From contig OY740807.1 in assembly GCA_963514005.1 (NCBI GenBank), positions 15,190,001 to 15,254,000 on the forward strand: 64,000 bases of DNA, given 5' to 3'. The translations under genes were made by a program, and so were the position numbers. Below are positions 49,271-61,839 of this stretch, piece after piece. The notes beneath the pieces were generated by a model. The model was given only the letters and a program-made list of their open reading frames with translations. It did no database searches and was not told the origin of the DNA. Within the stretch, counting starts at the first letter, position 1. Each line of letters opens with the position of its first letter. This stretch comes from Raja brachyura (lineage: Eukaryota).

Positions 49271-50627
49271 AGTTAAAGATAATGCTTTGAACTGATGGTG
49301 CAGTGAATTCAGGAAAATACAATTATTCCATTTACCGCATATATTGTTGAGATTTTTTTTAAAACTGGGTTCCCTTTTGAAAAAGCAACATGAGATGTGG
49401 AGAGGGAGGACGAAGGAAGTGCAGAAGCATGTCACCAATATTGTGACGGACTAGATAGAGAGAGATTTCCCCAGTGGGAAAGAGCAGAACTAAGAACCAT
49501 CAATGCAAGATAAATCCAAAAGGAAATTTAAGAGAAACTTCTTCAACCAAAAGAGCAGCCAGAATTTTGAACCTAATCCGACGGGGATGGGCTGAGGCTC
49601 AAGAATTTGAGAGAGATGGAAACAGATGTCCATGTTGATCGAAGCAGATGAGGAAAAATGAAAGGAGGTTCAAAGGCAGCAATACGCTGGCATGGACCAG
49701 TTTAGCTGAAAAATTCGTATATCCCATGGAAGAATTGGTTGTCTTTTTTTTTGGTGGGGTAACATAAGACAAAGATAGTTTGTACACAATGAGATTTATT
49801 CTTTCTTGCCAACTCACTGCTGCAAAGCTGCAGCAGTGATAACACCCTCAAATGCAGAGAACATCAAAAAAGCTTTGCACCAAAGCATACAAAGGCAATG
49901 AGACAAGTCGAGCAGTAAGTCCCTTTTGTTTCCTCAGAATTGGCAGTGAACCAAATGGCTCAAGAATATTTATGACTGGAGAATGGATTTCTGTAAATTG
50001 CCATCCGGTGCAGGGAATTAAAAACAAAATCAGTTTAAGCTCTTTGGAAACTGTTCAGCACATGTAATTAGGACATTCAATATGGCAGTGAAAAGTGCAT
50101 CCTTGCAAAGAGCAAATTCACTTTCCACTATCATACCAAAACATTACTTCAAGGTGTTTATAGGGAGTTAAAATAAAAAAATAAAAATTTAATTTTCCAT
50201 CAACACACAGCAGCTGATCTATAACAGTTTTGTTGAGTGTGCGTGACTTTGGATCCACTTATCTCTCCCAAATAAGTTTAAAAAACAATGAGAGGGTAAG
50301 GTTATTTTATCTCTTATTTGTGAAAGCAAGTTCCCAGGCCCAAGCACTGCCAGCACATTTCCAAGAATGACATAAGCAAAATGTTAAGTGACCAAGTCAG
50401 CTTACACTTTTGATCAGTTATTTGTACACATACTGTCTTCACTCTCTCCATTATTTCTTCCGCTTTTAATTTGTGCCCTATCATTTAATCCCGAAGTCAA
50501 TCTAACAACTGGAAATACAATTTACTGCTGCAAATAACACCAGAACTCATTATAATACAATTAAAGATATTTTAGTTATTTAAATATACCTCACAAACCA
50601 TTCAAGGAATGGGCAGGATTAGTGTTA

Positions 50628-50925
50628 GCGATACAGCATGGAAACAGGCCCTACGTCCAACCAAGTCATCGATCACCCATTTGCTCGGTCTATATTACTC
50701 CACTTTCGTAATTATTCCCTACACATGAAGGGCAATTTACAGAGGCCAATTAACTTACAAACCCCGATGTCTTTGATTTGGGAGAAAATCAGAGCACCTG
50801 GAGAAAAACTATGTGGTCACAGGGAAAACAAAAAGTCCACAAAGAAATCACCGGGGATCAGGATTGAACCAGTGTCCATAGCACTGCGAGGCAACAGCTC
50901 TACAGTTGCGCCACAGTATTGCCCT
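50628..50925 (-). mobile_element. V-SINE (HE1-like)
   Basis: Collinear with 6955-7240; B-box-like ggttcaatcc on the minus strand. Confidence 0.75.
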
Positions 50926-51535
50926 TTAAATAAATTTACATGTATTTAAATAGTGTAAGTCATTTAAATAAATTTGCCATAACACTCAAGAAAATGGACA
51001 GATTCTAGATAAGCTGTGTCAATGCTCAAGTTTCTTGATTCTGGAATAGTTATTTTCCCCGTACACGTTACCTTATTGAGTTTCTCACCATATCCTTCTA
51101 TGGACACGACATTTTTAGTTAAAAAGACAATATAGAAAATTATTGAAAATAAAAATTATATTAGCAAAGATGTTCACAGCAGGCAAAAACAATTTTTTGC
51201 AGAGAAAGACTAGTAACCTAGCCCTTGGTAACGTGTCATCACATACTGAACAAACAAATAAAACTTACATTCACTGTAATTTAACATTCACTCAAGTGAT
51301 AGAAAATGTAAAACACATTGAAATACAAACAGATTTTCTAAAAAATAGGGAGGCTGACAGCTCCGCCCATTTACCACAGGCAATCAGTGACACTGGGTGC
51401 AAGGTGACACCTTGCATGTTATTCCCATCAAATATTAATTTAAACAGCTTCTCATACCTTGGCGAGGAAGAAAAAGAGGAAAAAGGAGTAGAGAGAGAGG
51501 GGGAGAGAGAGAGAGAGTGCCCTTGCCTATCTCAC

Positions 51536-51617
51536 CTCTGTGCCTGCGAGACGCACCACCAGGCCCAGGCCCATCCCCCAATGACATATTGCTTATGATC
51601 GGATCCACAGCAGCCAC
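51536..51617 (-). CDS. FLOT2: Flotillin-2 coding exon 2 (82 nt)
   Basis: Translates (G)GCCGSDHKQYVIGGWAWAWWCVSQAQ(R), matching FLOT2 GGCCGSDYKQYVFGGWAWAWWCISDTQR. Acceptor tttctag, donor AG|gtgag; phases 1/2. Confidence 0.97.
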
Positions 51618-51961
51618 CTAGAAATGAAGAGATGACATAATTACAATGTTGAACTGTTTTCAAAATGTAAAACCTGGTGTGAAACAATATACTAATATAG
51701 AAAAGTAACAGTGCCACATGACCAATGTTCATATGCCATCTATCTTTTAATTTCAAAAACAAAGCGTTCATAAATACATACAAGAAATGAGATAGAAATA
51801 TAAAGAAAGCCATGTACTATTGGCATCCACTCTATACATCTTGTGTCATCAAGTTAATACATTCTATGTACAAAAGCCACCAATGCCACCCATTTGGCCT
51901 CTTTGAACAAGTATTCTAAACTCCAAACTTGATAGAGAAGCTCTGTTCCATATACCCTACA

Positions 51962-52335
51962 CAGGGCTTGAAATTAGCGGTTGCCTGGGTGCCAAAGGCC
52001 ACCTAACGTGCCGCCGGGCAACCTAAATGCCGAATCATTTTGCCCGGCTTGGCACTGCAGATACTGGTTTATACCGAAGATTGACACAAAAAACTAGACT
52101 AACTCAGCGGGTCAGGCAGCATCTCTGGAGAAAAGGAATAAGTGACGTTTCGTGTAGGCGGCGGCGACGGCTGTAGTGCGGGGAAAGATACTAGGTGCAG
52201 GGTGACGGAGGGTTGGAGCGAATGACGGGCCCGCACAGCAGCAGCGGCTCCACCTCCTCCCCGCCCGCCCCTGCCCCTTCCTGTTGGCTGGCGGAGGAGG
52301 GGAGGCAGTGGCGAGGAGATCCCCACTGCCTCCCC
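51962..52335 (+). mobile_element. Left end of a hAT-like non-autonomous DNA element containing a Penelope terminal segment
   Basis: Starts cagggcttgaaatt, with ggttgcc/ggcaacc subterminal motifs, then ctgcagatactggttt..aactcagcgggtcaggcagcatctctggag..gtgacgtttcg. No right TIR was found. Confidence 0.45.
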
Positions 52336-52338
52336 TTT

Positions 52339-52339
<1 letters not shown>

Positions 52340-52387
<48 letters not shown>
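52340..52387 (+). repeat. (CT)n microsatellite
   Basis: About 24 CT units. Confidence 0.98.
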
Positions 52388-52389
<2 letters not shown>

Positions 52390-52449
52390 AATGTTTCATG
52401 TGTTCACAATTTAATTAATCCATCTTTATGGATTCAAACAAAGAATGGG

Positions 52450-52620
52450 GGGATCAGTACAGGATGGATGGGGGGAGCAGTGCAGGATGAATGGGAGGGC
52501 AGTGCAGGATGGATGGGAAGGGGGGTCAGTACAGGATGAATTGGGGGACCAGAGAAGGATGGATGGGGGGTGGCATGAGAATCAATGTGAGGTGGATAGG
52601 GAGATCAGTGCAGGATGAAT
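52450..52620 (+). repeat. G-rich minisatellite, unit about 24 bp
   Basis: cagt(a/g)caggatg(g/a)atggg repeated about 6 times. Confidence 0.8.
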
Positions 52621-52644
52621 GATTTGGACAACTCTCATCATGAC

Positions 52645-54080
52645 TAAAGATTATAGAGGAGCAAGATAAGCCACTCCTCGGAAATCCAATGGACTGGTGT
52701 GTAGTACGTAACAGAACGTCATGGCCGCCATTTTGGCGGACTACCTCCCTCTGTGTAATCCGCTCCAAAGCTACAGAGCCATTACAAGCAAAGATTATAG
52801 AGGAGCAAGATAGAATAGTAGAATAGAATAGTTTCTTTATTGTCATTGTAACATGAACCATGTACAACGAAATTTAAAAATGTCAGCCAGTCAGTGCAAC
52901 ATTGAAACCATAAAAGCTAACGATACATGCAAGGTAAAATATTAAAAAAGATGATAAACAACTAAAATAAATATGAAATATAAAAACAGCACGCATAAAC
53001 ACCTAACCCTACATCCTTCTGTCGATTTCACAGTGTGCCAACCACAGTCCCTTAGTCCCCGCGTTCCTTGGCAGCTACATTTAGTGCCTTTATAGCAGTG
53101 GGGTAAAAACTGTTTTTAAGTCTGTTTGTCCTTGTCCTTGTAGATCTGTACCGTCTGCCTGACGGCAACAGTTCAAACAGGGAGTGTCCGGGGTGGGAAA
53201 TGTCCTTTATAATATTCTGGGATTAGAAAGTTATTATGTTTATTTGTAATAGATCTTTACTTGCCTCTTGATCGCTCACTCTTTTTTCTCGATCTCTCTC
53301 TCCCCTCTCTTCTCTCAATCCCTCTCTCCCCTATCTTCTCTCGATCTCCCTCCCATCCCTCTCCCCCCTCCCTTTTCCCCCTGTTCCCCCATTTCCCTCG
53401 CATTTTTCCTCCCCAGCCCCCACCTTTGCATAGTTTCCCTTGCATTGCATTGTGCAGCTTCCCTTGTATTGCTTTAACACACACTGTGCACAAAACTACA
53501 GGCACACACAAACACACATTCATATAAATATGTGGTGGGACAGATAGAAGAGCTTATTAAAATCTTCTTACAAAGACCATTATGTAATTTATTTCTATCC
53601 TCTTTTGAGCCAAAGGCATAGCAGGGCTGCCAACTCTCACACAGAGGGAAGGGAGGGAGAGAGGGAAATGGAGAAGAGAGGGGAGCGAGATAGATCGAGA
53701 GGGGAGAGAAAGAGATCAAGAGGGGAGAGAGAGCGATCAAGAGAAGAGAGGGAGATCGAGAGAAGAGAGGGAGGTAGCGAGAAGAGAGAGGATAGAGAGA
53801 GAGATCGAGAGGTAAGTAAAGATCTATTACAAATAAATCTAATAACTTTCAAATGCATCTTGCTCCTCTATAATCTTTGCTTGCAACTGCTCTGTAGCTT
53901 TGGAGCGGATTACACAGCGGGAGATCGAGAGACAAAGATTATAGAGAAGCCTAGTTTCCCCAATGATGTAGATGCCATAGTCGACACCATCTTTGGTCCG
54001 CTAAAATGGCGTCGACAATCACACATGTGATACTACGCCTTTTCCACTGAGTGGTGCATCTTGCTCCTCTATAATCTTTG
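52645..54080. mobile_element. Fold-back non-autonomous DNA transposon (P-element-like or hAT-like)
   Basis: TIR (c/t)aaagattatagaggagcaagat / atcttgctcctctataatctttg; exact 8-bp TSD atcatgac (52637-52644, 54081-54088). The TIR motif repeats internally and the arms are long inverted repeats. Confidence 0.85.
52811..53222 (-). mobile_element. Rex1-like LINE 3' end nested in the fold-back element
   Basis: Minus strand IIKDISHPGHSLFELLPSGRRYRSTRTRTNRLKNSFYPTAI; (ttcta)n tail at 52811-52830. Confidence 0.85.
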
Positions 54081-55504
54081 ATCATGACAAGGGTTTTTTT
54101 TTTAAACTTAAGTTGAATAGTTCACAGCTCTCTTACAAGGTTTTTTATGTAAGTTTAAAAGTTCGCAGTTTTTTACAAATTTTGTTTAGGTAAGTTGAAG
54201 AGGTTAATCAGATAAGAAGGGGCCCAAGAAGATGCCATTGGGGTGTCTGGTTTTTGGCAAAGAATGAAAAACAACTCCATATTTGGAGGTGGATGATGAT
54301 TTTTTGTACTTGGATCATGCAATTTGTTTTATATCTATACGTATACAAGCTCGAGTTCTCTGATATTTAATTGTGTGTGCTGCTGGAGATTCAGACGTGA
54401 AACTGTTGCCTCTGGGTTTCTAGGTCCACACCCGTCAGACGTTAAATTAAAGCTTTGTATGGTCTTAAGAATTTGTGCTTTATCTTTTTAAGTGCACTTT
54501 TTACTGCCAGTGAATTCCTGTACAACACGTCTGATACCGATCAGTGATTCCTTCACAATTACTCAGTGTTTATTCTTATTATTGTCCATTATAGGTGACA
54601 CATGGACCTTATTATGACAGAGCATCTCGACAATGAGATGGATTGAGGACATCAGATTACTTGATTGCAAAACAGAAATGGAGAAGTAGAATAGAGTGAA
54701 TAAATGGTGAACCTGACTGAAAACTACATACTGGCACCAAGAAACAAAACATTGAGCTCATAATTCCCAGTTTCACAAAAAAATTGCAACCGCTCCTCCA
54801 GTTACATAATTGAACAAAAATATGTTTTTGGAACTGTGCCTCTTCCACCTTGAAATTTTCAAGCTACCCATCATTTACACATTGCAAAGGAGATTCCAAA
54901 TGGGAAAGATTTGTATCTGTATGCCAACCTAGCTAAGACATGGATACAATTCCCAGAATACATACACCTACAACAAACTTTCAGCTGCTCCTGGAAAACT
55001 CGGAACATGACCAGATTTGAGCAGCTATCTTTGAACACTTTCAAGCTAACAGATGAGATCACAATATGAAAATTACTTTGTCGGACAACAGACAGACGTT
55101 TGTGGCCTCAAACCATTTACAATCAAAGCCATGGGTTTTATGGACACGACTGCGTTACTGAAGTAGATCAGCCCACTGAGATGGAAATCATCGCATTATC
55201 CAAATGAATCTCGACAAAGGGATACCAACCTATATAGTATGCTTATTATAAGAAAATATCACAAGGCACTTAATAGGAATGAACTCATGCAAAATAAACC
55301 AGAACAAATTCAAGCTTGATCAAGGAAGGGGCTTGGCTTGGATTTTAAGATGAAATTTGAAAGCCACAGGGAGGTAGAGGGATGGAGATTAAGGCAAAAC
55401 TCATGGTCTCGGTGGATGAATAACATTTTCTAATAATGAAGCAAGTGAAATGGAAAGTGTACAAGAGTCTAGAGTTGGAAGAAAGAATTGTTCAAGCAGT
55501 ATTA

Positions 55505-55720
55505 CAGATGCTCCTCGACTTGCGATACTTCGACTTGCGATATTTTGACTTCACGATGGTGCAAAAGCAATACACATTCAGAAGAAACCGTACTTCAAAT
55601 TTTGATCTTATCCCAGGCTAGCGATATCCGGTACGATACTCTCTTGTGATGCTGGGCAACGGCAGCAACAAACAGCAGCTCCCAGCCAGCCATGCGATCA
55701 CGAGTGTAAACAACCGACAG
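55505..55720 (+). mobile_element. Tigger/pogo non-autonomous element end (MER47/Tigger5-like)
   Basis: TA|cagatgctcctcgacttgcgat terminus with cgacttgcgat repeats; body cattcagaagaaaccgtacttc..gctagcgatat.cggtacgatactctct..gatgctgggca. Confidence 0.75.
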
Positions 55721-56109
55721 CGCGGCCAGCGAGATGCCGCGCCTCTGCTTGCTTGCTGGACGCCGCCACCGACAAGACGCGCTCAGTGACGGTGGGCCTT
55801 CTTGGGCAGCTGCACTGGCTGTGCTTGCGGCGGAGCCGGTTGATGTTGCTGCTGCCGCCTCTTCTTCACCATTGCTCCCTTATCCAGCGCTGGGCCAGCC
55901 TGAGGCGGGTTGCTTCCACCGCCTCCTCCTCTCTCCGCGCCTCCCCATCATTGGAGACATTTTCACATCCAACACAGGCGTCGGATAGTCAGACAAATAT
56001 ACAATCCTGTGTATGAAGGAACTTCAGATGCTGGTTTAAAATGCTGGAGTAACAGCAGGACAGGCAGCATCTCTGAAGAGAAGGAATGTACTTCTTCAAG
56101 GTAGACATA

Positions 56110-57490
56110 CAGTGGCTTGCAAAAGTTTTCATACCCCTTGTCACATTTTGTCACGTTACAACCACAAACGTAAATGTATTTTATTGGGATTTTAAGTGAT
56201 AGACCAACACAAAGTGGTGCATAATTGTGAAGTAGAAGGAAAATGATACATGGTTTCCAAATGTTATTACAAATAAAAAACTGATAAGTGTGGCGTGCAA
56301 AAGTATTCAGCCCACCTGAGTCAATACTTTGTAGAACCACCTTTTGCTGCAATTACAGCTGCAAGTCTTTTGGGGTATGTCTCTACCAGCTTTGCACATC
56401 TAGAGACTGAAATTGTTGCCCATTCTTCTTTGCAAAATAGCTCAAGCTCAGTCAGATTGGATGGAGAGCGTCTGTGAACAGCAATTTTCAAGTCTTGCCA
56501 GAGATTCTCAATTGGATTTAGGTCTGGACTTTGACTGGGCCATTCTAACACATGAATATGCTTTGATCTAAACCATTCCATTGTAGCTCTGGCTGCATGT
56601 TTAGGGTCGTTGTCCTGCTGGAAGGTGAACCTCCGCCCCAGTCTCAAGTCTTTTGCAGACTCTAACAGGTTTTTTTTCCAAGATTGCCCTGTATTTGGCT
56701 CCATCCATCTTCCCATCAACTCTGACCAGCTTCCCTGTCCCTGCTGAAGAAAAGCATCCCCACAGCATGATGCTGCCACCACCATAATTCACAGTGGGGA
56801 TGGTGTGTTCAGGGTGATGTGCAGTGTTAGTTTTCTGCCACACATCGCGTTTTGCATTTAGGCCAAACACTTCCATTTTGGTCTCATCAGACCAGAGCAC
56901 CTTCCTCCACATGTTTGCTGTATCCCCCACATGGCTGTGGCAAACTGCAAACGGGACTTCTTATGGCTTTGTTTCAACAATGGCTTTCTTCTTGCCACTC
57001 TTCCATAAAGGCCCGATTTGTGGAGTGCACGACTAATAGTTGTCCTGTGGACAGATTCTCCCACCTGAGCTGTGGATCTCTGCAGCTCCTCCAGAGTTAC
57101 CATGGGCCTCTTGGCTGCTTCTCTGATCAATGCCCTCCTTGCCCGGCCTGTCAGTTTAGGTGGACGGCCATGTCTTGGTAGGTTTGCAGTTGTGCCATAC
57201 TCTTTTCATTTTCGGATGATGGATTGAACAGAGATCCGTGAGATGTTCAAAGCTTGGGATATTTTTTTATAACCTAACCCTGCTTTAAACTTCTCCACAA
57301 CTTTATCCCTGACCTGTCTGGTGTGTGTTCCTTGGGCTTCATGATGCTGTTTGTTCACTAATGTTCTCTAACAAACCTCTAAGGCCTTCACAGAACAGCT
57401 GCATTTATACTGAGAATAGATTACACACAAGTGGACTCTATTTACTAATTATGTGACTTCTGAATGAATTGGTTGCACTGGATTTTAGTT
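56110..57490 (-). mobile_element. Tc1 transposon with frameshifted transposase; one end truncated
   Basis: TA|cagtggcttgcaaaag TIR with inner repeat tgcaaaagtattca. Transposase about 57342 to 56321: [47 protein letters not shown] (DD34E). Confidence 0.95.
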
Positions 57491-57689
57491 AGCTGCTGGG
57501 TGTAATGGTGCCCAATTGTTCTCCAAATTCATAGAACTGACACCTTCAAGATACTTTATTCAAAAACAAATATTGGACTCGGAGGAATCTATGTTTCTAT
57601 TCACACATGGAGCATCTATTTTTAAATCTACAGGTCATTGTTTGGTCCCTTGCAATTTGATATGTACATAAATCTTATCTTAAAACATT

Positions 57690-58300
57690 ATTGGTTTTGT
57701 AATATTAATATCTATTGGGTTTGGTGCTCCCAATGTGGCCTCTTTTACATTGGAGGAACCAAGTGTGGAAGATGCGACTGTCACCAAACCTCATGCTTAG
57801 TCTGCAAAGGTCTGCTGGATCTCCAGGTTGCTAACTATTTTTAACTCTTCCCATTCCTAGACCGACCTTTCCATTGCCATCGTGTGGCTACACACAAATT
57901 GTAGGAACAGCACCTCATATTCCACTTCAGTAGCTTACAACTTTTTTTTCCTCCTCCCGCCCACCCCCCCCCCTCTTTCACATGCCCCCACCTATTTATT
58001 CCACTATCCAACCCTCTTTCCCCACCCCCTTCCACCTACATCAATTCCTTTGGCTTTGTATTTCTCACTTCTTCTCTCCTTATCTCAGAACGTTTTGTCT
58101 TCTTTCCACCTCTGGCCTTTGTCCACTCATCTGCCAATTAAAATCCTCTCACCTGCATCCACATGTACTTGCCTGGTTTTGTACCATCCCCACCACATTT
58201 CCAGTTTGCTCCCCCTGAAGAAATATGCCCAACCGGAATCATCACCTATCCATGTTGCCCTGCGATGCTGCCTGACCTACTCCATTATTTTGTCTTTTGT
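57690..58300 (+). mobile_element. Degenerate Penelope-like 3' fragment (GIY-YIG and terminus)
   Basis: IYWVWCSQCGLFYIGGTK; decayed cctgaagaa..gatgctgcctgacc terminus. Confidence 0.7.
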
Positions 58301-59229
58301 TTGGCTGGGATTATATGTTGTAAGGAGGATGAAGAGGCTTCAAGGTATTTAGACATATTTTGTAAGTACAATCCATCCTTGTGGCTGTACAAACACCCGA
58401 CTTGGGGTCACCCTTATATACAAACAAGTGCCTATAATATTATTACATTTGGAAGTCCAATGCACTTGCATGTTTGTTCAAATGAACATCAGAACTAATC
58501 TCTCTCTCTCTCTCTCTCTCTCTCCACTTTCAATAAATGTTTTTCCTCATCAATCATTTGCGCTTTTGGTTCCAGTGGCAAAATGGATTTATGGATGTCT
58601 GTAAAAAGAAAACCCATTTGTGACCTGGCAATGGCTTTTATATACGGCAGGTATAACATGGCAAAGTGTGGTTATTCAATTGGGTAGCAATAGAACGGTA
58701 GAATTTTATTTATATATTGATAAATGAGTAACATCCTCCAGCAGTGCTTTTTGTTGTGGAATTAACCACCATAGAGCCTGAAGACTAAGTAAATGAATAT
58801 ATTTAAGGAACCGATAGGTAGATTTCCAGGCGCAAAGGACGACCAAAATGTAGCATTGAGATAGAAGATCAGTCATAGTCATATTTAATGATGGAGCAGA
58901 TGTAAAAGGATGAATACCCTATTTCAGCTTCTATTTTTTATGTTTCCGACGTTTAATATGTTAAATAGGTTAAGTAATGAAACATAGAAAATAGGGACCA
59001 ACTAAATGAAATTATCTCTAAATTTTAACCAAGTATTTTAAAACTGCATTTAATGAGTGTTCCAAATCAAAAGAAAAGATGTAGTTCATAAGTTCATGTA
59101 AAGGACTACTCATAGAAAAGCAAGAGATCTCCATAACTATTGTTCCACGACAGACTTTACCATTCTTGGGGGATGTACTTTCATACAGAGATATCCCTCA
59201 GCTAACATCCTGAATTGACTGTTTCGTCT

Positions 59230-59510
59230 GTCAGAGTCCTGGATTCACTCCTAACTTTGGGTGCTGATTGTGTGGAAACTACACATGAATTCCCTTCAGG
59301 TGTTCTGGTTTCCTCCCAAATCGCAAAAAGACATGCGAGTAGGTTAATTGGCCTCCATAAATTGCCACAATGTGAATTTGAGGGCTAGAATCTGGAAGAG
59401 TTAATGAGAATATGGAGTGAATAAAAAAGGATTTGTGCATGTCTGTGGTCGATGAATAGTGCGCATTTGGTGGGCTGAAAGATGTGTTTCCATGTTGTGC
59501 GACTGTGACT
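59230..59510 (+). mobile_element. Degenerate V-SINE
   Basis: ggtgttctggtttcctccca and aggttaattggcctccataaattgcc motifs. Confidence 0.65.
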
Positions 59511-60067
59511 CAAATGGCAATTGACAGAGGCAAAGAATTCTGGAATGCCCTAGTTTAACTCGTCTGCACATCCCCATTTTGCATTTCATCCAAAGGTTTA
59601 CCAGGAACCCCATATTCCTGGGCCTAGCTCTGTACTGCACATTTATTACTAGGCCCCGTTTAACATATGTTCCATTGAGCTTTGAACTTTTTATCTGTGT
59701 GGTTGAGTGCCCCACTGAGAACATTTCAAAGGTTCCAATCAATGAGCTACTTTGTTGCAACAGAATGAGCAGGGCGAGTTTTACAAACAAGCAAATTTAA
59801 TATATAAACAAGTAAAACCCAAATTAAAACTGTGCCTGAACTTAAAAAAAAGACTGTGTATTTGAGAGTGTTCTCAGATAACAATCATTTAACACATTTC
59901 TGTTTTTGTGCATTAATTGAGTCCATGTACCTGTGATGCCGCTGCAAGTGAGATTTTAATTGTGCCTGCACTTCACTGTGCTTATGCATGTGACAATAAA
60001 CCTGACAATTTATTTGGACATCTTTGTAACCCATGCTGAGGTTTAAATACAGTGGATGGTTTGAAAC

Positions 60068-60232
60068 ACGAGTGACGCTTCGGGTCGAGACCCTTCTTCA
60101 GACTGAAGTAGGTACTTGACCCGAAACGTCACCCATTCTTTCTCTCCAGAGATTCTGCCTGTCCCGCTGAGTTACTCCAGCATTTTCTCTACCTTCAATT
60201 TAAACCAGCATCTGCAGTACTTTCTTACACAT
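60068..60232. mobile_element. Penelope-derived short element with overlapping inverted, mutated hammerhead cores
   Basis: gtgacgcttcgggtcgagacccttcttcagactgaagtaggtacttgacccgaaacgtcac; flanked by repeated tggtttgaaaca. Confidence 0.8.
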
Positions 60233-61269
60233 TGGTTTGAAACATGTTATGTAGAAAATGCATTCCTGCCATTTAGTAACCAGCACTTGATAATCTACCT
60301 TGATTGTCCAGTCCACCTCAAATTTTGAACTCTTTAAGCAGCACTCAACAACTCATGCTGCAAGGGATAGTATCAAAAGTAAATTACCTTTTCTGTCATG
60401 GTTAGGCCGCACTTGGGAGTATTATACACAATTTTGGCCACCACGCTACAGGAAAGATGTGATTCAGGTCAGGAGAGTGCAGAAAAGATTCACAGGGATT
60501 TTGCATGAATTGGAGGACTATTTAGTTATGACTATGAGTTATGAGATAGATGCTGAGTGCAATCGAGTGAATGAGGTGATATAAAATTATGATGGCATAG
60601 ATAAAGTTGACAGCTAGAGTCTGATTCCCAAGGAGGCTATGCTTTTTGTTCTTAAAGAACATTTGACTCCCTTCATTTTTGGTTGTTCTCACACTGCCAA
60701 CAGTTTGGGAGCCGAGTACATAAAAGGTGTTTAGAGAATGACAGTGCAGCTTCCACTAATTGCAATGGAGCAATGCACGAAGCCAGAGTCCTCCATACCA
60801 TGACAGACAAGAACAGCAGATATGTGGGAACTACCCGCCCACACGTCATCTGTTCTGCTGCTTTCATGTCATTACAAATGTGGCGGGGGATGAAAGAAAT
60901 TGCCAGTTGGCCTGCAAATACAGCAGCCTTTTCTCCTCTCACATCAGAGGAGATAATGAATCTGCCAATTATCTCCTCCTCAAAAAACCTCCCTTACCAG
61001 ATGAATTCAACAATGTACAAGCTGGGGCATTCAGACAGCCGCCCACGGTAATTTAAATGCTCAAGCTTAACATCCCTTAATACTGTTGTGTACTTCACCG
61101 CCACAGTGCTGTGCACAAGTAGAGTTGCTCTAACTTAAATAAAGTCAGTGCTTTGGGCTTTAACATATAACTGGGATCATGGGCTTCGACAATTGTGATC
61201 TGGCACAGAAGTGTGGAAACAAAGGTACGTGACTGTGCTGAAGTGGTGTGTTGAAAGGAAATGAGAAGG

Positions 61270-61575
61270 AGTAGGCAGTCAGAACCTTTCACCCGTAGTG
61301 GAAATATCAAAGACTAGAAGCAGAGCTTCAAGGTGAGGTGGCAAAGTTTAAAGGAGATGTGCAAGGTGTTTTTTTTTTTTTAAGTGGTGGGTGCATGAAT
61401 GCTGGTGGGAGAGGCAGGTGATGGTGGCATTTAAGAGGCTTTTAGATAGGCATATAAATATGCAGGATATGGAGGGATAAGGATCAGGTGTAGGCAGATG
61501 AGTTTAGTTTATGTTGGCATCATGTTTGGCACTGTGGGCCAAAAAGCCAATCCCTGTGCTGTACTGTTCTAGGTT
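61270..61575 (+). mobile_element. CR1 LINE 3' end
   Basis: Collinear with 6640-6940. Confidence 0.75.
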
Positions 61576-61839
61576 TATGACCATGAAAAATGAGAACTTG
61601 GGTTCCACTCTGAAATGACACGCCACCCAACTGCTCCAAATAGCTTTTATCTGATAAAATTGCATCAAATTTAGTCCTTTGCTATAATTAATTAATTCCA
61701 AATTCTTGCAAGAACTGGCCACTTTACATACCAGCAGCTATGTGCAATACAGGCACTCCCTGGATTTACACAAGGATTAAGTTCTGGGTGCCCTTGCACA
61801 TCCGATTTTATGCTAGTCGGAATCACCTTAAAACTAGAT

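Noticed and set aside
53257-54030. Arg/Glu-rich and Ser/Leu/Pro-rich ORFs
   Set aside because: Translations of GA/CT low-complexity arms of the fold-back element.
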